A stretch of DNA of 64,000 nt from NCBI GenBank assembly GCA_017940265.1, contig JAGAYY010000025.1, forward strand, positions 711 to 64,710, written 5' to 3'. Below the pieces are notes generated by a model, which saw only the letters and a list, made by a program, of their open reading frames with translations, was not told the DNA's origin and did no database searches. Below, piece by piece: positions 1 through 9,324 of this stretch (position 1 is its first letter; each line of letters begins with the position of its first letter). A program made the position numbers and the translations under genes. This DNA comes from Bacilli bacterium (lineage in GTDB: Bacteria; Bacillota_I; Bacilli_A; RFN20; CAG-826).

Positions 1-1
1 A

Positions 2-115
2 ACAGGTACTGAGGGATATCTTCCACATTATACCAAGATTGTCAGGAAACGGAATGGCTATTATAATTTCGTTGACCTAAATGATAAAGAAAAATTAAAA
101 ATAATTAACTTATGA
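2..115 (+). CDS. 3' end of an upstream CDS (partial, runs off the window start)
   Basis: The frame is open from the window edge to TGA at 113-115. That stop overlaps the next ATG (ATGA). Confidence 0.3.
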   Translation, partial: TGTEGYLPHYTKIVRKRNGYYNFVDLNDKEKLKIINL

Positions 116-660
116 TTAATTACAGAATTGATAATGCAAATGAACGTCAGCCTCAGGTACTTCGAGTTAATAGTACTCACTCCCGTTTCTACTTCGATCA
201 AACAGAGAAGACGGCAGAGGGTATGGAGGAGGGTGAAACCTATACATACTGGGAGGCTAAGTTTATTGAGACGGAGAGTACTGAATCTGATCCCCTCAAG
301 TTAATTCAGAAGGCAGCTATTGATCAGATAACCGCATATGATATCTCCAGTGCTGTTAATGAATTTTCGTATGGTGGTTTCCCAATGTGGTTAGATAAAG
401 ACACTCGTAACGGTCTGATGATGAGATTTACTGCTGAGGAATCAGTTGGTAAGACGGAAACGACTCTATGGTATGCTGGTGTTTCATTTACTATTGGAAT
501 CACAGATGGAATTGCTATGCTGAAAGCTCTTGAGGTTTATGCTTCGGCCTGCTATGATAATACTGAGCTTCATAAGTCTCAGGTGTTGGCTATGACAGAC
601 CCCGAGGATGTAATTGCCTTCGATATCACGGCTGGATATCCTGAAAAATTGTCGTTCTAA
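112..660 (+). CDS. hypothetical protein
   Basis: 182-aa ORF whose stop is coupled to the next start (TAATG). No motif recognised. Confidence 0.5.
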   Translation: MINYRIDNANERQPQVLRVNSTHSRFYFDQTEKTAEGMEEGETYTYWEAKFIETESTESDPLKLIQKAAIDQITAYDISSAVNEFSYGGFPMWLDKDTRNGLMMRFTAEESVGKTETTLWYAGVSFTIGITDGIAMLKALEVYASACYDNTELHKSQVLAMTDPEDVIAFDITAGYPEKLSF

Positions 661-1082
661 TGATTTGGATTATTGGCTTGATCCCTATCCTGTGGTACGT
701 CATCAAAAATCATGAATTTCCAGAATCTATATCTTCCTTAGTTTACATGATGGGAGGAACACTATGGACCTTATGGATTTGGACATTAACAGGTCTTACT
801 ATGCCTAAGCTACTAAATGTATTGCCTGAGGAATGGAAGTTTATTGGATTTATTGGATTGGGATGCCTAGGTTTTGTAGGAGCAATGCCATTAATCCCTG
901 ATGAAAAAAATACTTTACATAATGTGTTAGGGATAGCTACTGGGATATTTACTCAAGTGGCAGTTTTAATACTTTGGCCTTCTCTACTCTGGTGCTGGAT
1001 TATTTTTCTAGTGCTGGGGTGGAGAAAGCCAGTTTTTGTATCTGAAATGATATGTTGGGTGACTTTGGTTAGTTGTCTGTAA
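660..1082 (+). CDS. small multi-pass membrane protein (Trp-rich)
   Basis: 140 aa with about four hydrophobic segments (IWIIGLIPILWYVI, LWTLWIWTLTGL, FIGFIGLGCLGFVGA, VAVLILWPSLLWCWIIFLVLGW). Confidence 0.5.
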   Translation: MIWIIGLIPILWYVIKNHEFPESISSLVYMMGGTLWTLWIWTLTGLTMPKLLNVLPEEWKFIGFIGLGCLGFVGAMPLIPDEKNTLHNVLGIATGIFTQVAVLILWPSLLWCWIIFLVLGWRKPVFVSEMICWVTLVSCL

Positions 1083-1111
1083 AAGAAAGGAAGGGATCAT
1101 AGCGGTCTCTT

Positions 1112-1124
1112 CCTTATTATTGTT
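1112..1124 (+). promoter_or_regulatory. CCTTATW-NN-TGTW box (ccttattattgtt) directly abutting ATG 1125
   Basis: Member of the recurrent motif family described in the findings. It is preceded by the hairpin gaaaggaag/cttcctt. Confidence 0.45.
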
Positions 1125-2456
1125 ATGATTAAACTTTACGTAAATAAAGAAAGTGATATTAATTACTTAGGAAGGATAATCGAGATACAAGACTATGAAT
1201 CAATTCCTGGTGCTGATAGAATTAAGGTAGCTAGGGTATTTGGTTTCAAGGTTGTAGTAGGAAATGATGCTGAGCCAGGAAAGTATGTATATTTTCCGGT
1301 AGGTAGTGTGTTAAATCCTGAGATGTTATCTTTTCTAGGTCTATACAGAAAATCAAAGTATAATACTGACAAAACCAAAGAAGGTGACTTAGAATTTTCC
1401 GGGCGCATCAAGGGTCGGAAATTTCGGGGCATCTGGTCTGAGGGTTATTTACTTAGGATCGAGGAAGTAGAGCAATGGTTAGGGACATTTGATTCTGGAA
1501 CTATACTCTGGGCTAATGAATTTGATACTCTGGGGTGGCAAGACTCTGGTGGAAATCATTCTACATGGATCCTCAAGAAATTCTGCCCCAAGATAGAACC
1601 GACCAGAGGAAAACAGCGCCCGGATATGAGAGGAAATGTACCGGAGAGACTCTATCGGCGTATGATTCCTGGGCAATTTAACTTCCACTATGAAACGCTG
1701 CAACTAAAGTATAAGCCTGGAATTATTCGTCCTGATACTTTTTTGTGGATAACTAAAAAGGTAGATGGAACTTCAGGGATATCAGCCAAAGTATTAGTGC
1801 AGCGTAAGTCATGGGAAGTATGGAAGCCCAGGAGGTATTACGCCGGAATTTATGCCTCTAGTAGTGTTATCAAGTCTAAGTGGCTAAATCATAAGGCTGG
1901 TCCTGGTTGGTATGGAGTTGATATATGGGCTGAAGCAGATAAAGTCGTAGGCCCTAAGCTCTGGAAAGGTATGACTGCTTATTATGAGATTGTCGGATAT
2001 TTACCTAACGGAGAATTTATTCAGAAAAACAATGACTTCGGTTGTATTAAGCCGGGAGGAGATGAATTTGAAGTAGGTAAAAATTTCAGAGTCTTATTAT
2101 ATCGGATTACCTTAACTAGTCCTGATGGTGAGGTACATGAGTTTACTCCCCCTCAAGTTAAAGAATGGGCAGAGTCGGTTGGTCTAGAATCTGTTACCCT
2201 ATTGTATGAGGGTTGGGCTAAAAACTTATACCCCGAACTTGACCCTGCCAAACACTGGAATGATAACTTCATGGACAGATTATCTAAGGATTTTGGTATG
2301 GAAGGATTAGATCCAGAATGTAAGAATGAAGTTCCCCTTGAAGGACTTGTTATTCGAGTTGGAAATCTGGCTTATAAACTTAAATCAAACTTCCATCTCG
2401 AGAGAAAAGCGGCCTGGGAAGAAAGTGGTTATCAAGATCCGGAGGACTTAGCATGA
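1125..2456 (+). CDS. ATP-dependent RNA ligase (N-terminal OB-like domain plus nucleotidyltransferase, Rnl5/DRB0094-like)
   Basis: Motif I KxDG is present (ITKKVDGTSG). EGLVIRV resembles motif IV and YKLKS resembles motif V. The N-terminus (IPGADRIKVARVFGFKVVVG) resembles the OB module of N-OB RNA ligases. Confidence 0.6.
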   Translation: MIKLYVNKESDINYLGRIIEIQDYESIPGADRIKVARVFGFKVVVGNDAEPGKYVYFPVGSVLNPEMLSFLGLYRKSKYNTDKTKEGDLEFSGRIKGRKFRGIWSEGYLLRIEEVEQWLGTFDSGTILWANEFDTLGWQDSGGNHSTWILKKFCPKIEPTRGKQRPDMRGNVPERLYRRMIPGQFNFHYETLQLKYKPGIIRPDTFLWITKKVDGTSGISAKVLVQRKSWEVWKPRRYYAGIYASSSVIKSKWLNHKAGPGWYGVDIWAEADKVVGPKLWKGMTAYYEIVGYLPNGEFIQKNNDFGCIKPGGDEFEVGKNFRVLLYRITLTSPDGEVHEFTPPQVKEWAESVGLESVTLLYEGWAKNLYPELDPAKHWNDNFMDRLSKDFGMEGLDPECKNEVPLEGLVIRVGNLAYKLKSNFHLERKAAWEESGYQDPEDLA

Positions 2457-2839
2457 ATGAAAGAATAGCGAAAAAGTCTAGAGAAATAATAATAGGTCTT
2501 AGCTTGTCTCCAAAAGGATCAGTAGACTATAGATTTACATATATTCCGGTAGGTACAAAACTAGGATGGTTCAAGAAAACTAAGGAACCGTTGTGGAAAA
2601 CGTATCACCTAGGTCAGTACTTAACTTACTTGACTAGGGATGAATTATCTAGGTGGATGTCTTCTGGGTGTTTCGTCGGAGTAGATAATGTTGTATATTT
2701 TAAACCATCAGTCACTATATATTACTCTGGTTATGATTTCTTATCGAAGAAGAATACAGAAACTAAATTCTTTGATACAGAGTCAGAAGCTATAGAATAC
2801 TTTGAGGAATTAAAGAAAGAAAACAATTTATATGAGTGA
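2453..2839 (+). CDS. hypothetical protein
   Basis: 128-aa ORF with ATGA overlaps at both ends. Confidence 0.5.
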   Translation: MNERIAKKSREIIIGLSLSPKGSVDYRFTYIPVGTKLGWFKKTKEPLWKTYHLGQYLTYLTRDELSRWMSSGCFVGVDNVVYFKPSVTIYYSGYDFLSKKNTETKFFDTESEAIEYFEELKKENNLYE

Positions 2840-4946
2840 AAGATTAGAACGAATAGAGAAACTTAAACAAGTCGCGGAAACTGTTAAGACTGAGTACGTA
2901 GGTCTTGATGGAATTATTGATGAACTTGAGAAAGCTATCTGTCCTTGGTATATAACTCCGGAGATCATTGAAAGACCACAAATTATATCACTCTGGGGTA
3001 TGACTGGGACAGGTAAAACTTCGGTCGTTAAACGTTTTCTCGAACTTTTGGGTCTAATTCCTAAAACTTTGTTCTTGGATTGTGGGGAACTTGCCGGGGA
3101 TTCTGGACGCTCATTGACAGATAAAATAAATGATTACCTTGGAGAAGATGAAGATGCGATGTCTCCAGAGGGATTAGTCTTTGTTTTCGATGAATTTCAG
3201 TATTCCAGAACCTTAAATGAATCTGGGGAAGAGGTTACCAAATCAAATCTTCGACCCGTTTGGAGTTTAATAGATTCAGGTATCATTAATCTTACCGAAA
3301 ACTCTTGGGATGCTGGAACATTCGAAAGTTTTTATGAGGATTTGAGATCTTTTGCGGACTTACACCCTGGGATTGTACTAGATGAATGTAATATAATTAA
3401 TCCCGATGACGTTAAGACTATCTTAGGGGACTTGGGATTAGTCTATTTCGGACGTGGAATTCCTGGATTTATGAAACCGAAGAAATCTTATAGTCATAAT
3501 TCGGATGAAGATGCTAAAGAAGATGAGGATCCATATCGTCCACTTAGAGTTATCGAAGATAATATTGTTAGAATCTTGAGATGGAAACTTAAGCAGAGAT
3601 GTGGAATAGAATATTTTCAGTCCGTTCTTGGTAGATTAATGTCCGCCAAGACCTTGATTGAATTTGTTGATGTCTTAGGGGAACAACGTCAATATGTATT
3701 AGCCCCTAGAAATATAGATTGTTCTGGTTCGCTAGTATTCATCTTAGGAAACTTAGATGAAGCCTATCGAAGTTCAGAGGACATAAATCCAGATCTTGAT
3801 GCCGATATGTTCTATGATACAACAAGTAAAGTAACTATTTCAGATATTAAAGAGGCATTAAAGAAAAGATTTAGACCAGAACAAATTGCTAGATTTGGGA
3901 ATAACATTATTAGATACCCCTCCTTATCTCGGGCCCATTTTATTGAATTAATTGAGAAAGAATGTGATCGAGTATGTAGAAGATTCACTGAGTCGACGGG
4001 TATATCAGTTAGAGTGGCTGAAGATCTTAAGAACTTATTATACTCGGAAGGTGTTTATCCAGTCCAAGGAGCAAGACCGATTTTCACTACTATCTCAACT
4101 ATCCTAACTCCATTATTTTCTAGGATCCTGATTTTCCTCGACTCCAAAGAAAATAAAGAGTCATACAATGTTATTCTCTCATTAAATGGTCAAACTGATT
4201 TTAAACGTCAGGAAATCAAAGCTTACATAGAATATTCCGATGTTATGAGAGAGACAGTAACAGTTCCATTACAACTTGGGGCTGAACGTGATCCTGCCTG
4301 TCGGAAAACTCGAGTTCCCAATAGTGTTCATGAGTCAGGGCATGCAATCGTTATGGCATACTTAACGGGAATAATCCCCACCCAAGTAATATCGGTATCT
4401 ACTGATCATGGTGGATTTTGTCTCACCTATGATAAAGATAAACATTCAGAGATCCCCTCTCGTGGTGATATAGCTAATAATGTATGTATCGGGTTAGCGG
4501 GATACGAAGCTGAAAAATTAATCTTTGGTGAACGGTCAGAAAAATTACTGTGTGGATCAACAAGCGATATAGAAACGACTTGGAATGAATTCGCGCAAGA
4601 AGCATATCGTGGAGGATATTTTGAACCTTTCAGTTATTCTTCCTATCAAACGGAAAATACGACTGATGGGATACCTTCTGGATATGGGGATGATTGGTTG
4701 CGCGATAAAATCAAGTCGGAGTTTGATCGCTTACGTAATAACACAGTTAATATCCTGACCGAAAATAAAAAACTTCTCTGTACAATGGCAAAGAAGATGT
4801 CTGAGAGTGGTGGTCTAAGTGCCCCTGAAATAAAAGATCTCATCGACAAAAACTACGAGGGAACACTAACCTCCGAAAGACTTGCCGAAGCTGCAGAGGA
4901 TAATAGTTATTCTTGGTATCTCAAGAAACTGGAAGAACAAGTCTAA
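2832..4946 (+). CDS. AAA+ ATPase fused to an FtsH-like (M41) zinc metalloprotease domain
   Basis: Walker A is GMTGTGKTS and Walker B-like is VFVFDEF. The C-terminal HESGHAIV is an HExxH motif in FtsH-like context. No N-terminal TM helices are evident. Confidence 0.7.
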   Translation: MSERLERIEKLKQVAETVKTEYVGLDGIIDELEKAICPWYITPEIIERPQIISLWGMTGTGKTSVVKRFLELLGLIPKTLFLDCGELAGDSGRSLTDKINDYLGEDEDAMSPEGLVFVFDEFQYSRTLNESGEEVTKSNLRPVWSLIDSGIINLTENSWDAGTFESFYEDLRSFADLHPGIVLDECNIINPDDVKTILGDLGLVYFGRGIPGFMKPKKSYSHNSDEDAKEDEDPYRPLRVIEDNIVRILRWKLKQRCGIEYFQSVLGRLMSAKTLIEFVDVLGEQRQYVLAPRNIDCSGSLVFILGNLDEAYRSSEDINPDLDADMFYDTTSKVTISDIKEALKKRFRPEQIARFGNNIIRYPSLSRAHFIELIEKECDRVCRRFTESTGISVRVAEDLKNLLYSEGVYPVQGARPIFTTISTILTPLFSRILIFLDSKENKESYNVILSLNGQTDFKRQEIKAYIEYSDVMRETVTVPLQLGAERDPACRKTRVPNSVHESGHAIVMAYLTGIIPTQVISVSTDHGGFCLTYDKDKHSEIPSRGDIANNVCIGLAGYEAEKLIFGERSEKLLCGSTSDIETTWNEFAQEAYRGGYFEPFSYSSYQTENTTDGIPSGYGDDWLRDKIKSEFDRLRNNTVNILTENKKLLCTMAKKMSESGGLSAPEIKDLIDKNYEGTLTSERLAEAAEDNSYSWYLKKLEEQV

Positions 4947-4952
4947 AAAAAA

Positions 4953-4992
4953 AGACCTACCCCAAATTAATGGAGTAGGTTCTTCCTTTTTT
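4953..4992. terminator. hairpin terminator between convergent genes
   Basis: Stem gacctac/gtaggtt is flanked by an A-run on the 5' side and a T-run on the 3' side. Confidence 0.5.
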
Positions 4993-5680
4993 ATGCCCTA
5001 AATGGCTTTCTATCAAAGGAAGATCGCTCGACGCGGCGGAGGGTCCAGTTAATCGCAGAAGCCTTAGAGTTTCCGGTAAATCTTTCACGAGGGTAATTAA
5101 TACGTCCCCAATCAAGAATCTTCAACGGATTTTTCATCTCTAAGTCTGTATTCCGATAAGCTGCAACCGGCTCAAACCAGTAGGCATCCTTATCACCACA
5201 GATCTTCAGAACAATGAAGTCCTTGGCCGTCCATAGAACATCAATGAGATTACCTGGCTGAAATTTATATGTTCTCCAGCGAAGTATATCACGAAGTCCT
5301 TGAATTAATGATTTCTGGGCTGCATTTCCCCAACCCAATTCAATAAGTGGGAATCCCTTTTCTGATGGGTTCTGTTCAATCACATTCCCATCTTTCTTGA
5401 GGATATTTTCCTTCAAGAAGTCAGCAGCCACCTTAGTTGACATCTTTTTTCCAAGACCAACACAATAACTAATAATATCCAAGTCACTACCTTCTTCGGT
5501 AGCTTTTGTTTTTTCAGCTAGTTTAGTCATAGAAAAGTAAGGTATACATTTCGGACTAAGACCTGGAGTGTTGATCTGATAAAGGAAATAAGACGAACCT
5601 AAGCCAATATTCCCTAAGAAAAAGGGATATTGATTGCCGATAAGGGTGCCAGTCAAGCTAAATTGTCTATCACTTAACAT
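4991..5680 (-). CDS. hypothetical protein
   Basis: 229-aa ORF with no recognised motif. Confidence 0.5.
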   Translation of the reverse strand: MLSDRQFSLTGTLIGNQYPFFLGNIGLGSSYFLYQINTPGLSPKCIPYFSMTKLAEKTKATEEGSDLDIISYCVGLGKKMSTKVAADFLKENILKKDGNVIEQNPSEKGFPLIELGWGNAAQKSLIQGLRDILRWRTYKFQPGNLIDVLWTAKDFIVLKICGDKDAYWFEPVAAYRNTDLEMKNPLKILDWGRINYPRERFTGNSKASAINWTLRRVERSSFDRKPFRA

Positions 5681-5721
5681 AAACGTTATAGTTTAGTTAT
5701 ACAAATAGGTGTGCGAACATT

Positions 5722-5940
5722 TTATAGGCGTCGCACGATTCGCCCTTTTGTTAAGTCGTAGGGTGAAACTTCTAGCTTCACTTTATCGCCGACCATTATG
5801 CGTATATAATGCATCCGGATTTTACCAGATATAGTACATAGCACTTCCGAACCATTCATATCTAGTTCTACCTTGAACATAGCATTTCCTAGTTCGGCGG
5901 TTACTGTTCCAGTCACTTCTAAATTTTTTTGCTTTGCCAT
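5722..5940 (-). CDS. infA: translation initiation factor IF-1
   Basis: The 72-aa protein is collinear with bacterial IF-1 (MAK...GTV...MF+VEL..G....ISGK+R..YIRI..GDKV.+E++PYDL+KGRIV.R). Confidence 0.9.
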   Translation of the reverse strand: MAKQKNLEVTGTVTAELGNAMFKVELDMNGSEVLCTISGKIRMHYIRIMVGDKVKLEVSPYDLTKGRIVRRL

Positions 5941-7449
5941 TTAGTTGATCTCTCCTTCTTTATCAAAAGTAACAGATGCCCAAACGAAGTGACTTAACAT
6001 TATCTCTTTCTTAAGGTTTTCAGACATTCCCGATATCCCTTTTTTAAATTTGAGAATATCATCGAGTGTTACTTTTGAGATTATATATTCTTTCGGATCT
6101 TTTTTAGTTCCAATATTAACAGCCGTATATTCTGAGATTCCGAGACCATAATTATCTCTAGCATTCTCAATTACAGCTTTGATTGTATCTCTAAGCTCTC
6201 CTTCACCATATAGATCTTTGAGAGTGACAACTTCTAGTTTATAATCAGTAGATTTAATTCTCTGTTTACTAGTGTTGTTCTCCAGTTTAATTCTATTTTG
6301 GTTAGCATAATAGTCATGGTATTTCAAATAGGTATCGAAGTCTCCGTCTAGCTTAGTTCCTTGCCATTCGTGAAAAACTTCTGTTGCTAATCCTAGAAGA
6401 TTTAATCCAATGTTTTTGAAAAGCTCTGGATAATATAAGTTCTTCAAGAAATTACCATCTTTAATTTGTGTTGCTATAAAAAGCTTAGAAAGATTCCTTA
6501 TGTTCTCCTCATCTGAGTTTTTATTTCCAATATAGAGGTCTGCTCTATAATGATCAATATCCCAAGAATCTATAATTGTAGTAAAAATATGATTCTTAAT
6601 AATATCAGACAACTCAAGAACTGGGATTCTATCAGAGAGAAGAGAACGGCCTGGTGATATAATACTAAAAATATCTAATACAGATTTAAGATTTTCTCCT
6701 GATGTATTCTTAAAAATATCTTTCCAATAGTCTTGAATATCACCGGAAAAATCATCCTCTAAGGCAACACCAGAATCTACCATACTTGATTTAGTATATC
6801 CTATCTTTATTTCGCCCATTCCTCTTCCTCTTAATATATCAGAAATTTTCTTTTCATCATCGTTCAAAGATTCAACATATAAGAAAACTTCAGACATATC
6901 ACTCTCAGAAGATTTAAATTCTGAGTTTAATTCATCCTTACGTCGAGAAAGTACCGGACATAAGTAGTAAACCGATGAGGTAATAGTATCATAACGATGG
7001 CCTGGAACCCATTTCTTTGTTTTCTTACACATCTCACAATTGATTCGACGCTTCATTTCTTCAAAGTAGGATTTATATTCCAACATTTCCGGACATACAA
7101 AGCTAACTTTTCCGAGTTGATTATCAGAAAAACAAGCTTCATATTCACCGTTAATAATTCCATGACCAATATCAACCTGAGCTATTATTTTACTAAGTTC
7201 GGGGAGATGAAAATTTGGAATTTCATACCAATCATCTACCGGAAATTCTGAACATTTAGCATAGATTGATAAATTTTCACCGATCATGAGTTTAAAACTA
7301 TTTTCATATAGTCTTACTTCCTCACATACTTCGTTTCCAATTAGTTTAAGTACTTCGGATTGATATTGTTTCTTTTCAACGGCCGATAAATATACCTTTT
7401 TAGTACCTATCGGGAAATACGCAATAATCTCACTGGTTAATCTCCACAT
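5941..7449 (-). CDS. hypothetical protein
   Basis: 502-aa ORF whose stop abuts the infA start. Confidence 0.55.
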   Translation of the reverse strand: MWRLTSEIIAYFPIGTKKVYLSAVEKKQYQSEVLKLIGNEVCEEVRLYENSFKLMIGENLSIYAKCSEFPVDDWYEIPNFHLPELSKIIAQVDIGHGIINGEYEACFSDNQLGKVSFVCPEMLEYKSYFEEMKRRINCEMCKKTKKWVPGHRYDTITSSVYYLCPVLSRRKDELNSEFKSSESDMSEVFLYVESLNDDEKKISDILRGRGMGEIKIGYTKSSMVDSGVALEDDFSGDIQDYWKDIFKNTSGENLKSVLDIFSIISPGRSLLSDRIPVLELSDIIKNHIFTTIIDSWDIDHYRADLYIGNKNSDEENIRNLSKLFIATQIKDGNFLKNLYYPELFKNIGLNLLGLATEVFHEWQGTKLDGDFDTYLKYHDYYANQNRIKLENNTSKQRIKSTDYKLEVVTLKDLYGEGELRDTIKAVIENARDNYGLGISEYTAVNIGTKKDPKEYIISKVTLDDILKFKKGISGMSENLKKEIMLSHFVWASVTFDKEGEIN

Positions 7450-7450
7450 A

Positions 7451-7864
7451 TTATTCCTCTATTTTAAATTTTATTTTCTTAGGGACGCTATTGAAACTAA
7501 TCTTGCGTCCGCCGAAAAGTTTCAAAACATCAGATAACATTTCTTTAATCTCGATATCCTCATCACGAATAAGATTAGGGTCAAGAATTTCTAGATGAGC
7601 CAACTTAAATTTACGTTTTACTGTATCAGGCTCGTCTAAACCAACACAAGAGAAGAGTTTACCATCCGTGGCCAAGATTAATTTCTGTAGCTCAGGAATT
7701 TTATAACACTCATAATTAAATCGCATTTCAACAAACTGCTCAAAACTAGTACAAACTTCACGTAGTTCTGGGGTTCGTCGACAAGAGATATAATCTTTCT
7801 CATATGTACTAAGAGTTCGATTAACCTCTGCTATAACTTTAAGTAATATTTGGTCTAAGTCCAT
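7451..7864 (-). CDS. hypothetical protein
   Basis: 137-aa ORF. Confidence 0.5.
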   Translation of the reverse strand: MDLDQILLKVIAEVNRTLSTYEKDYISCRRTPELREVCTSFEQFVEMRFNYECYKIPELQKLILATDGKLFSCVGLDEPDTVKRKFKLAHLEILDPNLIRDEDIEIKEMLSDVLKLFGGRKISFNSVPKKIKFKIEE

Positions 7865-8312
7865 TGCATAAAGTACTTATTAATTTATCTTTCTCAAGAA
7901 TAACTGATTTATTAATTGGAATTTCAAGTTTCTCTGGATAACCAATTGCAGTAGACTTATAATAACTACTACCACAAGTTTTTATAGAGAAATCAATTTC
8001 TTCACCAGTCCTATTATTTCTAAGTAGATATGACCCAGTTCCTACAACTTTATAAAACTCATAATCTAGATGACAATGTGCTTTCATAATATTGAGGATA
8101 TATTTCTTTGAGGGTTGATTACTCAGTTGAATTAACTCCCAATCACTAAAATCTAGTTTACCGATTTCAGTATCTTCTGGCCCAAATAGCAATACTACAT
8201 TTAGGCTAGGAAGATTTAGTAACCACCCTTTTCCTTCTATTTCATAATACGGCCAATCATAAGGAAGTTCGAGATCAGAATATTCTATTACTTTACTCGG
8301 TTGGTTTCCCAT
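7839..8312 (-). CDS. hypothetical protein (start trimmed to MGNQPSKV)
   Basis: The tracked ORF 7839-8498 overlaps the radical SAM gene by 164 nt. The first ATG downstream of that gene's stop is at 8312. Confidence 0.45.
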   Translation of the reverse strand: MGNQPSKVIEYSDLELPYDWPYYEIEGKGWLLNLPSLNVVLLFGPEDTEIGKLDFSDWELIQLSNQPSKKYILNIMKAHCHLDYEFYKVVGTGSYLLRNNRTGEEIDFSIKTCGSSYYKSTAIGYPEKLEIPINKSVILEKDKLISTLCNGLRPNIT

Positions 8313-8334
8313 ACACGCAGCCTCAAATCTCGAT

Positions 8335-9324
8335 CTAGTGCTTAAGCGTATCATAAAAATCAAGCAATTTAATTTTATTCCAGTCAATTCTTTCAGGTGA
8401 TCTAGAGGTTCTTGCATATTGACCTTTGACAGCATCAATATACATACTACAAGTTCCCTCATCCCCAAGGTAACATTTACTCCAAAGCTTATCTCCAACT
8501 AATTCTTTTATTCCAAGTTGTTCGGTAGCCAGATTATCAAATCCAATTGTATTATAACTATCTGGCTCTCTTTCTGTAATTAATTCAGAGATAGCTTCTT
8601 TCCACTCAGTCATGTCAGGGAGATTATTATTCCTGGCTCTCCCCCATTGTTTATATCCCAGAACTAGAATGGCCCCTTCTATATTGTTATAGAGAGTTTT
8701 TAGCTGGGATGCAGGAAAAATACCAGCAATAACATGATATACTCGATAACAACTGATATTCTCTCCTAGATCGGTTCCAGTTGAGATATCATGTGAGTAA
8801 GCGTCTTTAGATGGAGGTTCTATACCATCCATACTTTGAATACTAATCCCTACAGCGGAAACAGAATTTATTAGTTTAAGTCTTTGTTCATCTTTTCCTG
8901 GATCACCTGTACTTTTTAGATCTTTCCAGTTAATAGTTAATCTGGGCCTGTTACCTCTTTCGATTAACCACTCTATTAGGTTTAGAGCTTTTTCAGGACA
9001 TTCTAGTACATTTCCACCACCAATAGCTACTTCAATTCCTACTGGTGGAAGTTGTCCTAAAATTTCTTTTGTTTTCTCTAAGTCAAAATCTTTACCATCA
9101 GGAGTACTAGATTCATGACAGAAAGGACAACCCCAAGAACATCTTTCAGTTATTTTTAGATCAATAGAGTCTGGAAATTCTGATACGAATTCCTCATCTA
9201 CTCTAAGACATCGTTTATTAAGTCGTTCTAGTTTACGTCCTGAATATCTTGAATCATCTCCTGATACAAAATAATTTCCATTTAGATAAAAATATGAACC
9301 GCTTCTATACCTCATACGAGCCAT
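8335..9324 (-). CDS. radical SAM domain protein
   Basis: A CX3CX2C cluster motif is present in TERCSWGCPFCHESS, followed by a GGG-containing strand (AIGGGNVLE). Confidence 0.7.
   Translation of the reverse strand: MARMRYRSGSYFYLNGNYFVSGDDSRYSGRKLERLNKRCLRVDEEFVSEFPDSIDLKITERCSWGCPFCHESSTPDGKDFDLEKTKEILGQLPPVGIEVAIGGGNVLECPEKALNLIEWLIERGNRPRLTINWKDLKSTGDPGKDEQRLKLINSVSAVGISIQSMDGIEPPSKDAYSHDISTGTDLGENISCYRVYHVIAGIFPASQLKTLYNNIEGAILVLGYKQWGRARNNNLPDMTEWKEAISELITEREPDSYNTIGFDNLATEQLGIKELVGDKLWSKCYLGDEGTCSMYIDAVKGQYARTSRSPERIDWNKIKLLDFYDTLKH

Noticed and set aside
7839-8498. The long N-terminal extension of the 219-aa ORF, which overlaps the radical SAM gene by 164 nt.
   Set aside because: An overlap of that size is implausible here. 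An internal ATG at 8312, just downstream of the upstream gene's stop, gives a compact arrangement like the rest of the operon.
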